From: Hamiltosporidium tvaerminnensis FI-OER-3-3
Lineage: Eukaryota > Fungi > Microsporidia
Direction: 5' to 3'
Length of the DNA stretch: 64,000 nt
Assembly (NCBI GenBank): GCA_022605425.2
Contig: CM061248.1
Coordinates: forward strand, 186,001 to 250,000
Shown: piece by piece, positions 46,196 through 59,000 of the stretch
Position numbering within the stretch: position 1 is the stretch's first letter
How the letters are laid out: each line of letters starts with the position of its first letter
Notes under the pieces: model-generated
Databases searched by the model: none
The model's input: the letters and a program-made list of their open reading frames with translations, nothing else
What the model was told of the DNA's origin: nothing
Position numbers and translations under genes: made by a program

Positions 46196-47957
46196 GTTAT
46201 CGACATCAAAAATGTATAGGAAATAACGGTGGTTCTATTGGACATGGTGAGTTTATTAGCCCGTGACATTTAATAATTATTTTACCCCTAAGTAGGAGTG
46301 AAAATGAACCACAACAAAAGATCTTCAAACAATATAAACTATTCTTCAATATTTCTCAAACGCCGGCACACGCCACAATATTTTTGTATTTTATTTTAGG
46401 GAATGTTTCTTCATATTGATAGATTTCGCCAAAAGCGCAAAAAAAACTTAGAGAAAATTTATTGGCCTGATTGAAATCCGAAACCGAAAGACTTTTATAA
46501 AATTCAATACATTTTGAATTCAAATATTTTTTTAAAAAAAGTATTTGTGCATTACATATCTATTACTTATAATTAAACACTGGAGCTAGCTTTCGAAATC
46601 AGCCGAAAGTGTTTAAAGAATTAGAATATTTTTATACAAAATTGAAATTAGAAAAACTACATCTAAATATATTTTCAAAGTATCTAAGGTTTTTACTACG
46701 AAGTCTATTAAAGAGTGTCATTTTTTTCACTAAATGTTGCGCAAGTATTCAAATAAATGAGTTTTTTTTATAGTTTTTGACTAAAAAAGACAGTTTTGAT
46801 GGAATTCATCTATTATTCACTTAAGTCTGTATAATAAAACAACTTATATAGCCATTCATTGCTTCGTAAATGAGAAAGAAGCTGATTCATTTCAGAAAAA
46901 ATTTCTTTGATTGCAATAAGTTTAAAACTGCACTAAAATGTTTGTAAAACTGTGCTAGAAACCTGATCTAATCCGTGAATATCATCTTTGCTGATTTCCT
47001 AAATTTATTCACGTAATTGACGAGTTTTAAGTACGTGCAATTCTATATAGTTGAAGGTTAAATGACTGGTATATAAGCTTTTACAGTTTCAAGTATACTC
47101 CATATAACGATTTTTTAGAAAAATAAATTTATTATAAATGGTTTTGAAATAGCTTAATTTCCTGACTTAAAATTACAGAGTAACGAAAACTTATTTTCTC
47201 ACATTATATTTTTCCTCATGCAGTTGTAAATGATTTTAAATTTAACCTTTTTGATTGTTCTTGCAAATTATTTTTCGAATTGATTAAAATATCTTATATA
47301 TTGGTCGTACTTTGTAGACTAAAAACATCTAATGGTTCTTTATAAACCTTATTTTTTAATAAAATTTCGAATAAAATAAATTTGCAGTAATATTCGAAAT
47401 ATCATTTACTCATCCAGAGCCAAATAAAACATATCTGAGCGTCTTATTTATATAGAAATTTGGATTTATATCGAATGTAATGTTCATAAATCTTCTTGCA
47501 TCTGTGTTTACGGACAAACGTATTATTTAAAATGTGTTGAAACCTTCAAGACAATATCTCCAAGATTTCTTTCTTGATACGATTTAAATAATCCCCGTTC
47601 TTTAAACAGTTTACCATGCTAAACAAAAAATTATTAGTACATAAAAATTTTTCCGAATCGCGGCTTTTTTCCAGCTCTTAATTTCTGTAAAAAATTATAT
47701 TAGAATTTACTTCCTCGTTTTTAAGCTTGATATTTCGTTCCTAAAATCTAAAGTATATTCCGAGATTCAGAGAATGAATGGTTTAGGAAGAAATATTTAG
47801 TACTATTCATTCGAACTGATATGGTTTCATTGCAAACAAATATATTCCTTTAGTCTATAAAGTAATAACAAATTACGACCTCTCTTTTCTTTTCTGTATT
47901 CATATTCTATTTTCTTTTGTAGGTACGAATATTAAGTTAAATTAGGGGAAAAAACAA

Positions 47958-48160
47958 AGCGCAGTAGTTTAGAGCGGATATCAAATTTTGTTTCTAAAAG
48001 GCAGGTTCGATTCCAGTCAATTCACACTTGATCTCTTTATAAAGAAAGTTTAATGTTTAACTGAAGCCTTACCAACCAAAAGAAGAAATGTTTCTGAGGA
48101 GCCTATACTTGGCGATGCTCTTATTACCTCGTGGATTGTGTTCCATACATAGGGAATGAA
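47958..48160 (+). mobile_element. tRNA-derived SINE, copy 2
   Basis: B box GGTTCGATTCC at 48004; tail CTTGGCGA...TGGATTGTGTTCCAT.C.TAGGGAA shared with 7878-8092(-). Confidence 0.6.
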
Positions 48161-48999
48161 ACAACTTAATATGAAAATTAATTGAGATTACAGTAATTTT
48201 TACTACGAGATTTCAACTAAAAAATTAAAGTGGCATTTTTTTAGCGGTTAAAAACAACTAACAACAATGTTAAGTTCTAAAAGATGCGATCTTTATATCT
48301 CCTAAGACTCGAAGCCACCAAATTTTTATTTGATAATCTAATATATCATAATTATTTTGATTGCAGGTAATGATAAAAATTAATTTAAAAAATATCTAAG
48401 CCATAATGCTATGCTATTTTGTTGATAATAAGACCGAACAACTTGGCATATTGATCAAGACTCCGGACTTTTGAACTGAAAACCAGAATATGAAGCAAGG
48501 CAGGCGAGAATGCATTTTATACATTTATCAAGTTAAATACTAATTCGTATTTGCGTACTCGCAAGTCTTAATAATAATTTATAGAAAACCAGTCTTTAGT
48601 GTCGTTTTCTTGTTAAATCATTTAAAACGAACATTTATTCTGATGCTATGGGTTATCGTTCATTTTTAATCAAATATAAGTATAAAATAAAAATCTCGTA
48701 GCTTAAGACCTATGAAGCAAGGGTAAAAAGAAATGGAATAAATAAAAAAATCATTCGCACAGATATTCCTTATTTTTTATAAGAAAACAGCAAAAAACTA
48801 TTAATTCTAGGTTTTTATAGTAGTATTTTTGTAAGTAATACACATATAATTATCTTCCCTTACTTTCTATAGAAAAATATTTATATTATTTTTAAGATTG
48901 TAGTCGAAAATAACATTTTTAAAAACAATCTTATGAAATTTATTTGAAACGGACAAAAATGATATCTAAAGATTTTTTGTAGAATAATAATTACACTTT

Positions 49000-49812
49000 A
49001 TTATCGGTATTTTATAAAAAACAGTACAAAGAGAAGAAAGCCTAATAAATGTTAAAACCTTTTATACAAGCATAGTTTGTAGTTTTTCTATAAAAATAAA
49101 ATGGAGAAAAGTATTGATTTTTAGATAATTGGAATGTAAAGGCATAGTAACCTAGCCTTGCTCTTTGAATTAGGAGAAAGAGATACAAAGAAATGCAAAA
49201 AAGAATATAGTTTATGGAGCATTTAAATCTAAGTGTCCCCACCATGCTGGGAGAGAATTGGCTTAGAGTGTTCTCTGCTTGTTGTAACAAACAACTAAAA
49301 AAGACTGACATCACACGTTAGGCGTAGGGCTAACAACTCATCTTTTAAAACCACATTGTTACTAAACCTGAAAAAATAAAAAAATCACTTAGAAAAAGAC
49401 CAATAGCAGGTATTACTGAGAAAAGCCAAGGCTCGTCCAGGGGTTTAGTGGCAATGATGATGATGTAAAGCCGGATATCAGGTTATACCCGTTGATATGA
49501 CATTGCACCGTCTATGTAAACTCAATGTAAATTGCCAACATATATTTTAGTATGAAAATTATATGAATCTGAAACATTAGAGTGGATAGCAGAAATTTAT
49601 AAGCTGGGAAGAGCCTAGATTTAATTTAGTCTTGGTATAACAACAAAGCAAACAAATATTAACAAATTTTAGGCAATTGCCTTGCTCGTTTATTGAATTT
49701 TACAGATTTTCGATTAAAAGGTTTACAATTGGGTACCTATGGAATAATGATATTTTGTTAAAGACCGTCCTTAATAAACCTCAAAACCGTGTAAATGTCG
49801 TAAAAACAATAT
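49000..49812 (+). repeat. Old copy of the ~700 bp structured repeat, interrupted by an RTE-SINE
   Basis: tttgtagttttt, aacctagccttgctc and catttaaa before the SINE; caggttatacc, tatgacattgcac and aggcaattgcct after it. Confidence 0.7.
49236..49465 (+). mobile_element. RTE-derived SINE, copy 4
   Basis: TCCCCACCATG...GGCGTAGGGCTAACAAC...GCCAAGGCTCG...TAGTGGCAATGATGATGATG, ending in a (GAT)n tail. Confidence 0.78.
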
Positions 49813-50539
49813 AGTATATCCTACCTGTAGAAAATGATGTTGTTTTTATAAAAAAAATTCAACTATCTAGTAGTTATTAAAAAAAAATTGTGAAGAAAAC
49901 CGATGTTACTCATCTCTTATAGTCTAATTTAAAATACCTACAGAACATGAGCATTTTTTATAGCAAATCAAAGATAAAAATATAAAAGTATCTCATCATA
50001 ATATTTTAACATTCCTAACTGTTCTTTATGCTTTTATTGATCATAATCTTTAATTTGTTTTACACTTTCGGGCGATTATTGCTCTTTAGTTACTATTCAT
50101 CCAATTTTTTGCTTAAAAAGATCAGTTTTTTTTAAACAAAAGCACTTAGATACAAATATCTAGAAATTTTGGCTGTCTATACGAATAGAGACTTATATTA
50201 ATGAATAAAGTTTTTTTTTAAGAAAAGATGGTATTCTGAATATACGAACAGGCCTATTCATACTTCTTAGTTTTGAGAGGCCATCTTATGTACAATGAGT
50301 TTAATACCGAATATTCTTGTCATTTTTCTTAGTTGGAATTCGTATACCGTTTTATTTGGGTTTTTTGTGTAATTTTATGATCGAATTTTAGATTTCACCC
50401 AACTAAAATCTTTGAAACGCTAATAAAAGCATTTAAAATTCGGTTTAAAGTAAAAGTTTTCACTTCTCAAAAAAAGCACCTAATAACATTCATAATTGCT
50501 GAATTGAAATTAGCTTAAGAGATGTAATTGAACAAATAT

Positions 50540-53500
50540 AAAAATTCTGGGTTAAAATATTTTTAACATTTTTATATGTTTTCTTCTACCTCTTTAACCA
50601 CTACTGTCTCTTCTTCCAAATCTGACTCTTAATTTATGTTATTTGGCGGTTCCTGTAAAGTGGTTTCTCCTTGTGAAATAAGGGGTGTATTATTTTTTGG
50701 TTTTAAGATTTTAACACCATCTTCCTCTCTTTTCGCTTCTTTTAAAGAGGGTATTGGTTCCTCATGCATCTCTGATCTCATAATAACACCCATTGACGCT
50801 CTCTCCCAGCTCTCTTCGGCATTTAGTCCTGACTCAAGTCCTCTTCGTCGATCAAAGGAAATTGTTTCGACTGTCATCTTAAGTACTATAGACTGAATGT
50901 ATACCTCTATATTCATGGGTATTTCTAGTCTTTTAAGATGAGATTTATGGTATTTTGTCACAATACCGTCCCAGGTCATCACATAAGGGATTATCTCAAC
51001 ACTACACCTATAAATAAGACCCAACTCATTACCTAGCAGGTCATACTTCCTAAGTTTTTCAGTTTCAACTATTTGAAGTGAATCTTGGGAAGTGATTCCT
51101 ACTTCAATGAGTGTTATCTTATTCTTCTTCTTATCTAAAATAAATATGTCGGGTCTGTTATTCCGAATTTTAACATCAGTTTTTATTCTGGTGTACACTC
51201 TTATCTCTGCATACTCATATCAAGAATTTCTTGAACTGAGTGACTCCTAATTCGTTTTGAAGACTTAAACTTATATCTATTTAGGAGAAATAAGTGTAGG
51301 CATCTAACCACTTCATTATGCCGTCTGGTGTAGTCATGGCCTAGCATTTTTTCGCATCGAGTTGCTAGATAATCTACAGTCTTACCAGATTTATTTAAGT
51401 GTTGACACACACTATCTGCTCCCCAGAATACATTTCTATCCTGGATATAGCAGAACACAGCTTCATTTCGTGGCCTAATATTTCCTCTCTTTAGCCATCT
51501 TGAAGAGTCACTAACACTTACAAGCTCATTTTTCCTTGCATTATATAACTTTGAATGGAGTTTCGTTTTTCTATTTCGTTATATAGTTTTGCAAGTTGAG
51601 CTTCTTCTAAAATTTTCTTAGTGACTTCTTCTACTAACCTGTATTTTAGTTTTAAGAAGCCTTTTATTAGTGCAAGATGGGTTTTATTATTATTCTCCAC
51701 CTTGAGGATTGCTGCTCGTCTAGTTGATATTTCTTTACTTTTTTCCAGACAATCCAAGAGTTGTAGAAGCATATGTTCGCTTCGCAACTCAACACTATGT
51801 AGGCCTCTTCCAAGTTCTGTTCTAGGAAGATACAAACGCTCTTTACATTCCGGGCGAAGATGTATCTTATTCTTCACCAACACCACACGCACTGCATCAT
51901 CTAACGTAGGGAAGTCAGCCGGTTCAAGTCGAAGTACTCCTATGTGATAGTTGATTAACGATATCGCATGTTGATTGATTGCAGAAAATAAATTTTTTGC
52001 ATTTAATCTAGTGCGACAAAGTCTTTAAACTCTTGATATAAGTTTGCTCTGTACTTCTTCAAATGAGCTACGTGTTGGAATTCTTCTGCTATCTTCTATT
52101 ATTCCTAAATATTTGTAACACTAACACTTTCTAGAAGAGTAGCAGTATCTTCACAACACGTATCATTTGTGGCTGACTTCTTTTTGTTAATCTCCGAGCC
52201 AATCACCTCTAAAAATTCCTTTGTCTCGCCTGTCTTAGCACTCAATGTGGAGCTGTCTTTTGCAAGGAGCTTAAGATCGTCAATAAACAAGAGATAATTA
52301 GTAGAATGGGATTCTGCATCTGTTTGTACTGTCACTTTTGTGTCTTTTTCATTAAGCTTTCGGCTTAATGGATCCATACACAACACAAACAACAATGGTT
52401 ACAAACTATCTCCTTGTACACCTCTTACCGCCCCTAATTGGTTCTCTGCAAGCAACCCTCGCCTTTCGCTTTTCCATTTGAACGACTTTCGTTACAAACT
52501 TTGTCGTTAACTTGTAGAGCGTGGACATACAAGTGATTGCCCTGTAATCAGAGCCTCTGGTGGAATTCCTTTCGGCATCAAATACGTAAGCCCGCTGTAA
52601 AACCAATCAGCTTGAGGTGTTCCTTATAAACATATAACTTTCACAATATCATTAAGATATTTATGAAAAGTTGTAAGTTTCTTTATGAAAAAATTGTATA
52701 TACCATCAATTCCAGCAGCTTTCCAATTAGGAAGCCAATTAATGATATTTAAAAGTTCATCAAGTAAAGGAAACGTGGTCGGATGATCTTCTGATACAAA
52801 TGGAATCAAATAATCATTGTACGTGACTATGTCATCATTTTTGTTCCACATTGTAGACCAAAAACTACCAATTTCATCACGACTGACCACATGCTCGGAT
52901 TCCACACGCTCAGATAACCCACGATAAAATCGACCTCAAAAGCTCAAACATACGATTCTCTTTTCGGAATTGCTTCCTACTTTCATGCATCGAAATTTTT
53001 TTCTCGTAAACGTTCAAAGACTCATTCTTATTAACTAAAGCCTCAGAAAGATCAGTTACACTGCTCAAGTTTAAATTAAACTCTCGCATGATTTTCTTAA
53101 GGCTCTTCGTTTCCGAAATGGAGAGCTTTTCCTGCTTACGAGCCTTCTCGAGAAGATCTTTGGAAAGTACTAACTTAGAAATTTTACTTTCTATGTTTTC
53201 CTTCCAAGCGGATCTAGGCTTCTCTTTACGTGTTGCCTCGTCATAGCATACCTGCGCAGCTTGCATGATATACGCGGCTTCCGTAATTGACTCGGGTACA
53301 TGAGCTCCGGCTTATTCATAGACTTCTCGATTAATGAGATCCAGGAATTTACTATCAACCAATTCATTTGGATGTTTTCTAGTTCGGACCACCACTTTTC
53401 CAATTTCCTTCTTCGAGATTTCTTTGATTTTACTCAAGAATTTATCTCTCAGGTTTATGACTCCGTGATGTCGGTCAAGGTGCATGTATCAGCGAGACAA

Positions 53501-54095
53501 GTGGCGATTCCACGTCGCTCTCCATTCTCTTCTGATTTTACTTCCTTTCCCATCTCACTTTGTGCCAATTTTTTTAACACTTCGAGAGTTTCAGTGCAGC
53601 CGAATTTCTCATTATAGTACCTGTGAAGCTCTGTCCAGCCATTTCTTGGCATTCTTTCAAACCTTGTCTGTACTGCAAAAAAAAAACAATTCGAGGCCAT
53701 TCCTTCGGGTCGGCTGTTACGGAATCGAATATCGTCCGCAATACCATTAGCCTGTTACTTTCCGAAATAGCTAGAGTACAGAGGTTTGTCATGTCGTACG
53801 ATCGCTCGCACGCAGAGACTTCAACCGAAGAGAAAGTGGTGTATTAGGCGAAGGTAAGGTGTCAAGCCCACTATTTTGCATGTTACTGCATGTTTGGCTT
53901 GGTGGTGGAGGTGTTATTGTTGTGTAGGAGGAGGGAGGTAGGGAAATCGCCGGTGGGTGAAGCTTACATTTTTGTATCCCAATATCACTTTTCTTCACCC
54001 CATCAGCGTCGTTTGAAGCCTTTATTTTAGTAATTTTTGATATTTTGCTGTTAACATTTTTCTTTCTACCCATGTCAAGTCAAAATAAATATTTA
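50540..54095 (-). mobile_element. R4-clade RLE LINE copy C, ORF start at 54073, internal RT deletion
   Basis: Inverted near-identical copy of 39118-42912; lacks ~260 bp of RT (equivalent to ~40775-41030). Confidence 0.92.
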
Positions 54096-54124
54096 TATAC
54101 TTTTAATTTTTTTTACCTCTAAAG

Positions 54125-54866
54125 TGGAGGGAGGCTAAACACATAAAAAACTTTCTGCTTGGCAATGAGTGTGTGAAACTGGTGTGAGGATCATTGTTTG
54201 GATTTTTAGTGGGAATAAAACCACACTATATCTTCGATTGTTCCGTGGGAGTTTGTATGAAGGAGGAGAGGTCTAAGAAATGGAGAAACCTTTTCCTCAA
54301 ATTTATTTGTAGTTTTTTATGTAACCTAGATTGTAGACCGCAGCTTAATATGTACGGTAATTGTCATGTAAAAGCATGGAAACCTAGCCTTGCTCACTCT
54401 GGTTAGAAGACTTAGCGCCTGGGAGATATAAAAATAAAAACCATTTAAAGCCAGGAATGCTAAGTAGCAGGTTATACCTATTGGTAGGACATTGCACTGT
54501 CTAGGTGGACTCCATGTAAATCTCTGAAATAGATCTTAGCTAGAAGTTTATTGAGTTCAGAAAGTGTAGAGTAAGTGAGAATGCTGCATAGTCTTGGGGG
54601 AGCTCAGGGGAGGGGGCTTCGGCCTTCAATCACACTCCATGCAACGGACATTAACGAACTTCCGGGCAACTTCCTCGCCTATTAATTAGGTTCTACACAC
54701 CTGGTAGATGAAAAGCTTTGGGACGTAGGTATCGCAGGGATTACCGATGGAGTGTTGGGGTAGCAGTTATTTATGTTAAACCGTAGAATCTGCGTTAATG
54801 TCATGAAAACAAATATAACACTTGCCACTATTGTAAAAAGATGTGATATTTTTAAATAAAGATAAT
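54125..54866 (+). repeat. ~700 bp structured repeat, head-to-head with LINE copy C
   Basis: Matches 9778-10490; begins ~50 bp from the LINE ATG. Confidence 0.9.
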
Positions 54867-54887
54867 TTTAATAAAATATAAAATATT

Positions 54888-55379
54888 TTAATCTCTATAT
54901 TTATTTTTTGATAGCCTCACAGTATAAAGGCAATGTATCTTCAGGAATCCTTGTGTATCTTCTTTACTTGTAAATTCATTTACCATACTTTTAAGAACTT
55001 TATAAAACACACTTTTATGAGACTCTTCAAATCCTATATAAACAGATCCCACATAACTTTCTTCAATAGCAATATCAAAAGAATAATCATCATCTACACT
55101 TATAATACGATCAAATGTAATAAAAAAAGAATCAAAAAATTTTGTAGAAATTTTTGGTTTATAAATTACCCTATAATTTGTTATATAAACTGTACCGTTA
55201 TAACTAGAATAACGAACTGTAAGTGCTGGTGCTCCGTTTCCTATTTGTAAATAAAATGTCACATTTTTTGTAAAATATAATATTTCTTCATCTATATTTA
55301 CTGGTAATGGTATATCATTGTCTGTAAATATTGTATTATTTATAAATGTATAATTCTTTCTAAAATTTATTTCTGACAT
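54888..55379 (-). CDS. WBP2-like GRAM/PH-domain protein
   Basis: GTVYITNYRVIY...FDSFFITF resembles the WBP2 GRAM domain; probable true C-terminus IPEDTLPLYCEAIKK* (stop 54901) lies in another frame. Confidence 0.6.
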   Translation of the reverse strand: MSEINFRKNYTFINNTIFTDNDIPLPVNIDEEILYFTKNVTFYLQIGNGAPALTVRYSSYNGTVYITNYRVIYKPKISTKFFDSFFITFDRIISVDDDYSFDIAIEESYVGSVYIGFEESHKSVFYKVLKSMVNEFTSKEDTQGFLKIHCLYTVRLSKNKYRD

Positions 55380-55486
55380 CTAAAAAAACCCTTTTTTAGT
55401 TTATTTTTATATTTTTTTTTATAAAAAATACAAATAAATGTTGTTTAAATCACCAATAAATATAACAGATAAGAAATTTAAATTAA

Positions 55487-55970
55487 AGGGTTTTAATTAT
55501 ATTCTAGTAATAAGGCATTTTAAGACCCTCTTAATAGTAGTACTGTTATTAAAACCCCTTTATATATGAGTATAATTATTACCACCCCTTTATTTACTAG
55601 CAGGGTCGCTAACACCCTCTAATTTACTAGTACTGTATTTAAACCCGCTTTATTTACAGTATTGTTGTTAAGACCCTCTAATTTATTAGTACTTTTATTA
55701 AAACCCCTTTATATATGAGTATAATTATTAACACCTCTTTATTCTAGTACTGTTGTTAACACATTCTTGATATGAAGATAATTAGTAACACCCTCTTATT
55801 TACTAGTATTGTTATTAACACCTATTTATTTACAGTGTTGTTGTCAATACCCTCTTATTAACTGATAACCTCGTTAACACCCCTTTATTTACTAGTAGTG
55901 TTATTAACACCCTCTTATTATATAGTATGTTATTAACACCTCTACCTGCACCATACTATTAACACCCCCA
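55487..55970. repeat. Intergenic ~30-bp-period array of TTAACACCC-like motifs upstream of MON2
   Basis: About 15 spaced AACACCC/AAACCCC/AGACCC motifs. Confidence 0.8.
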
Positions 55971-56035
55971 TATCTTATCACTATCTGTAACACGTTTCAT
56001 CAAAACAATATAACACAACACAAAACCCCCTTCAA

Positions 56036-59000
56036 ATGTTAAACATAGACACACAATACCTCTCAACCACACTTATTCAACTACAAACAGAAACAAAAAA
56101 GAAACATCCTAAGATATCAGAAGCATGTACAGAAGCTTTACAATTACTCAGTACAAATACTTCTATTAACACCCTTTTATCTAGTCCTATTTTACTCAAC
56201 CCTTTTGTTTTAACAGTACAACTTAAACAGAAAATACCACTTAATATCCTAGAAGTGATATATGTTATTTTACAGACACAATGTGTTAATAACAGTAAAG
56301 GGGGTGTTAATAATGAGGATATGCTAGAGGGTGTTAATAAAGAGGATATGTTAGAGGGTGTTAGTGATAGTAAAGATATGCAGGAGGGTGTTAATCATAA
56401 GGAGTATAAATTAGAGGGTGTTAACAACAGTAGTAATGAACAACAGGGTGTTATAAACACTACAAATGAACAACAGGGTGTTAGTGACACTACATATAAC
56501 TATCACCCTGTTAACAACACTACTAGTAAATATCACCCTGTTAACAACACACCTAACAATAACCCACCCCTTATAAATAACACCCTCTATAATAACATGG
56601 ATACCACTGTTAATACAATACTTTCCTCTTTATCTTCAAATACATATCTAACACCCCCACACAACATAAAAATATTACAATACACACTTATATTTTTAAA
56701 ATACCCTTTAAAGATAGAAACATTAAGTCTTATATTTAACACCCTCTTAAGTATTACAAATAATAGTAATCAACAAGTAAGTGTTACAGCTAAAGCTATT
56801 ACATATCAGTTTATATCTTTAATACCTGAAACTCATCCTTCTTTTATGTATACACTTGTTACTTATATATGTGATATACTTAAGACACCTAAACCTTTTT
56901 ATTATGATATACTTTGTACAACACTTAAAGTTATACTTAATAACACAGAGACTAACCCTAAGGTTGATAGTACGGATATATCTAGTAATATATCTAACCC
57001 TACCCTAACCCTAAATAAATGCATAAAAACAAACCCTAACCCTACCCTAACCCTAGACACACGCATAAACAACTCTACCCTAACCCTAGACACACCCTTT
57101 AACACCATCAATACTAACAATACCAATACTTTAGATATTATATCTCCCATTTCTACTCTTCTAATAAATAAACTAAACAACACCTTAGAAGAAATAGAAT
57201 TACTAAAATGTCTTGAAGCTATACTAATAATACTAAACAACAATTACACAAACAACACAACAATAACATCTTTTCTATCTACAATACTAAATCTTTATAA
57301 ACATTCTGAATATAAAAATGCCATTATAAAGTTTTTCCTTTCTTTTCCTTTTAAATATCCTTTTATTTATCATATTTTACTTACTTTATATACAGAAGTA
57401 TTTAATTCTTTAGATTTAAGTTTATATTCTGCTTTTAATAAGGATTGTTTAGAATATTGTTGTAAAATAAAAGATTTTTTATTTATAGATAACAGGAGTG
57501 ATAGAGGGTATGGGGTTTATAGTGTAGTAGAGTGTGTTAGTGGGATAGAGGGTGTTAGTGGTTATGGGGGTGTTAGTGGTTATGGGTTAGATGGTGTTAG
57601 TTATAGAGGTAGTGGGTTAGAGGGTGTTAGTTATAAGAGTAGTAAACAACAGGGTGTTAATGAGAGTACTTATGAACAACAGGGTGTTAATAACAGTACA
57701 GATAATTATCACCCTGTTAATGAGAGTACACATAATTATCACCCTGTTAATAACAGTACTATTAATTATCACCCTCTTAATGAGAGTACTATTAATTATC
57801 ACCCTGTTAATAATAATATATCTTTATTTATATTATTCTTTTATAAATACATGTTAGAAGTAAAGAAACCTATACATAGTAATTATCAAGAACAAATATC
57901 TTTAATATTTAACACTATAATAGAATATCTTATTATAAGTAATGTTAATATAGTTAATAAGAAGAGTAATAAGGAATGTAATAAGAAGAGTAATAAGGAA
58001 TGTAATGATAATTGTAAGGGTGATATAAACACTAACCCTACCCTAACCCTAGAAACATGCATAAACACTAACCCTAACCCTACCCTAACCCTAGAAACGT
58101 GCATAAACACCAATCCTAACCCTACCCTAACCCTAGAAACATGCATAAACACTAATAATATTACCAATAAGAATACAAATAACAATATAATAACTAATAC
58201 TAACAATATAATAACTAACAACATAACAAATAATATCAATAATACTAATACTCTTATAAATTTAATATCCCTTTATACATCTCTATCACCTCTATTTCTA
58301 TACAACTGTATATCTTTATGTATAAAACATAAAAATAACATACATTATACTATATGGACTATAATAATAACAAAAATAACAACAGAACAAGAAACTTGTT
58401 GGGAATATATTGTTAACAGTAGTGATACCTTTAATACAAATGAAATATATTGTTTATTTAAAGGTATTTGTTATACTCTTATTAATAATAAGGATATTGA
58501 TATTAATTTTAAATGTATTAATGAGGATATATATTATAGTGATAGCAGTAGTGAGATAAGGGGTGATAATGATAGTAGGAAGGTAGAGGGTGATAGAGAT
58601 AGTAGGGAGGTAGGGGATGATAGAGATAAGAGTAATGTATTAAAGGGTGATAGTATAGTAGAAGGTAAGTTAGGGGGTGATAATGATAGGGATATGTTAG
58701 GGGGTGTTAATGATAGTAATATGTTAGGGGGTGTTAATGATAGTAATATGTTAGGGGGTGATAATAAGCTATATGATAAACAACAGGGTGTTAATAAGCT
58801 ATCTAATGAACAACACCCCTTTATCGATCTATCTAATGAACAACAGGGTGTTAATAATAATACTAATATACAAAAACCCTTTATAGATCTATCTAATGAA
58901 CAACAGGGTGTTAATAACAATACTAATGGACAACACCCCTTTAATAACAATACTATTGAACAACACCCCTTTATCGATCTATCTAATGAACAACACCCCT

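Noticed and set aside
46400-47900. Possible decayed gene; similar impression at 1-1500 and 10500-12500
   Set aside because: No ORF or motif that could be assigned with confidence by eye
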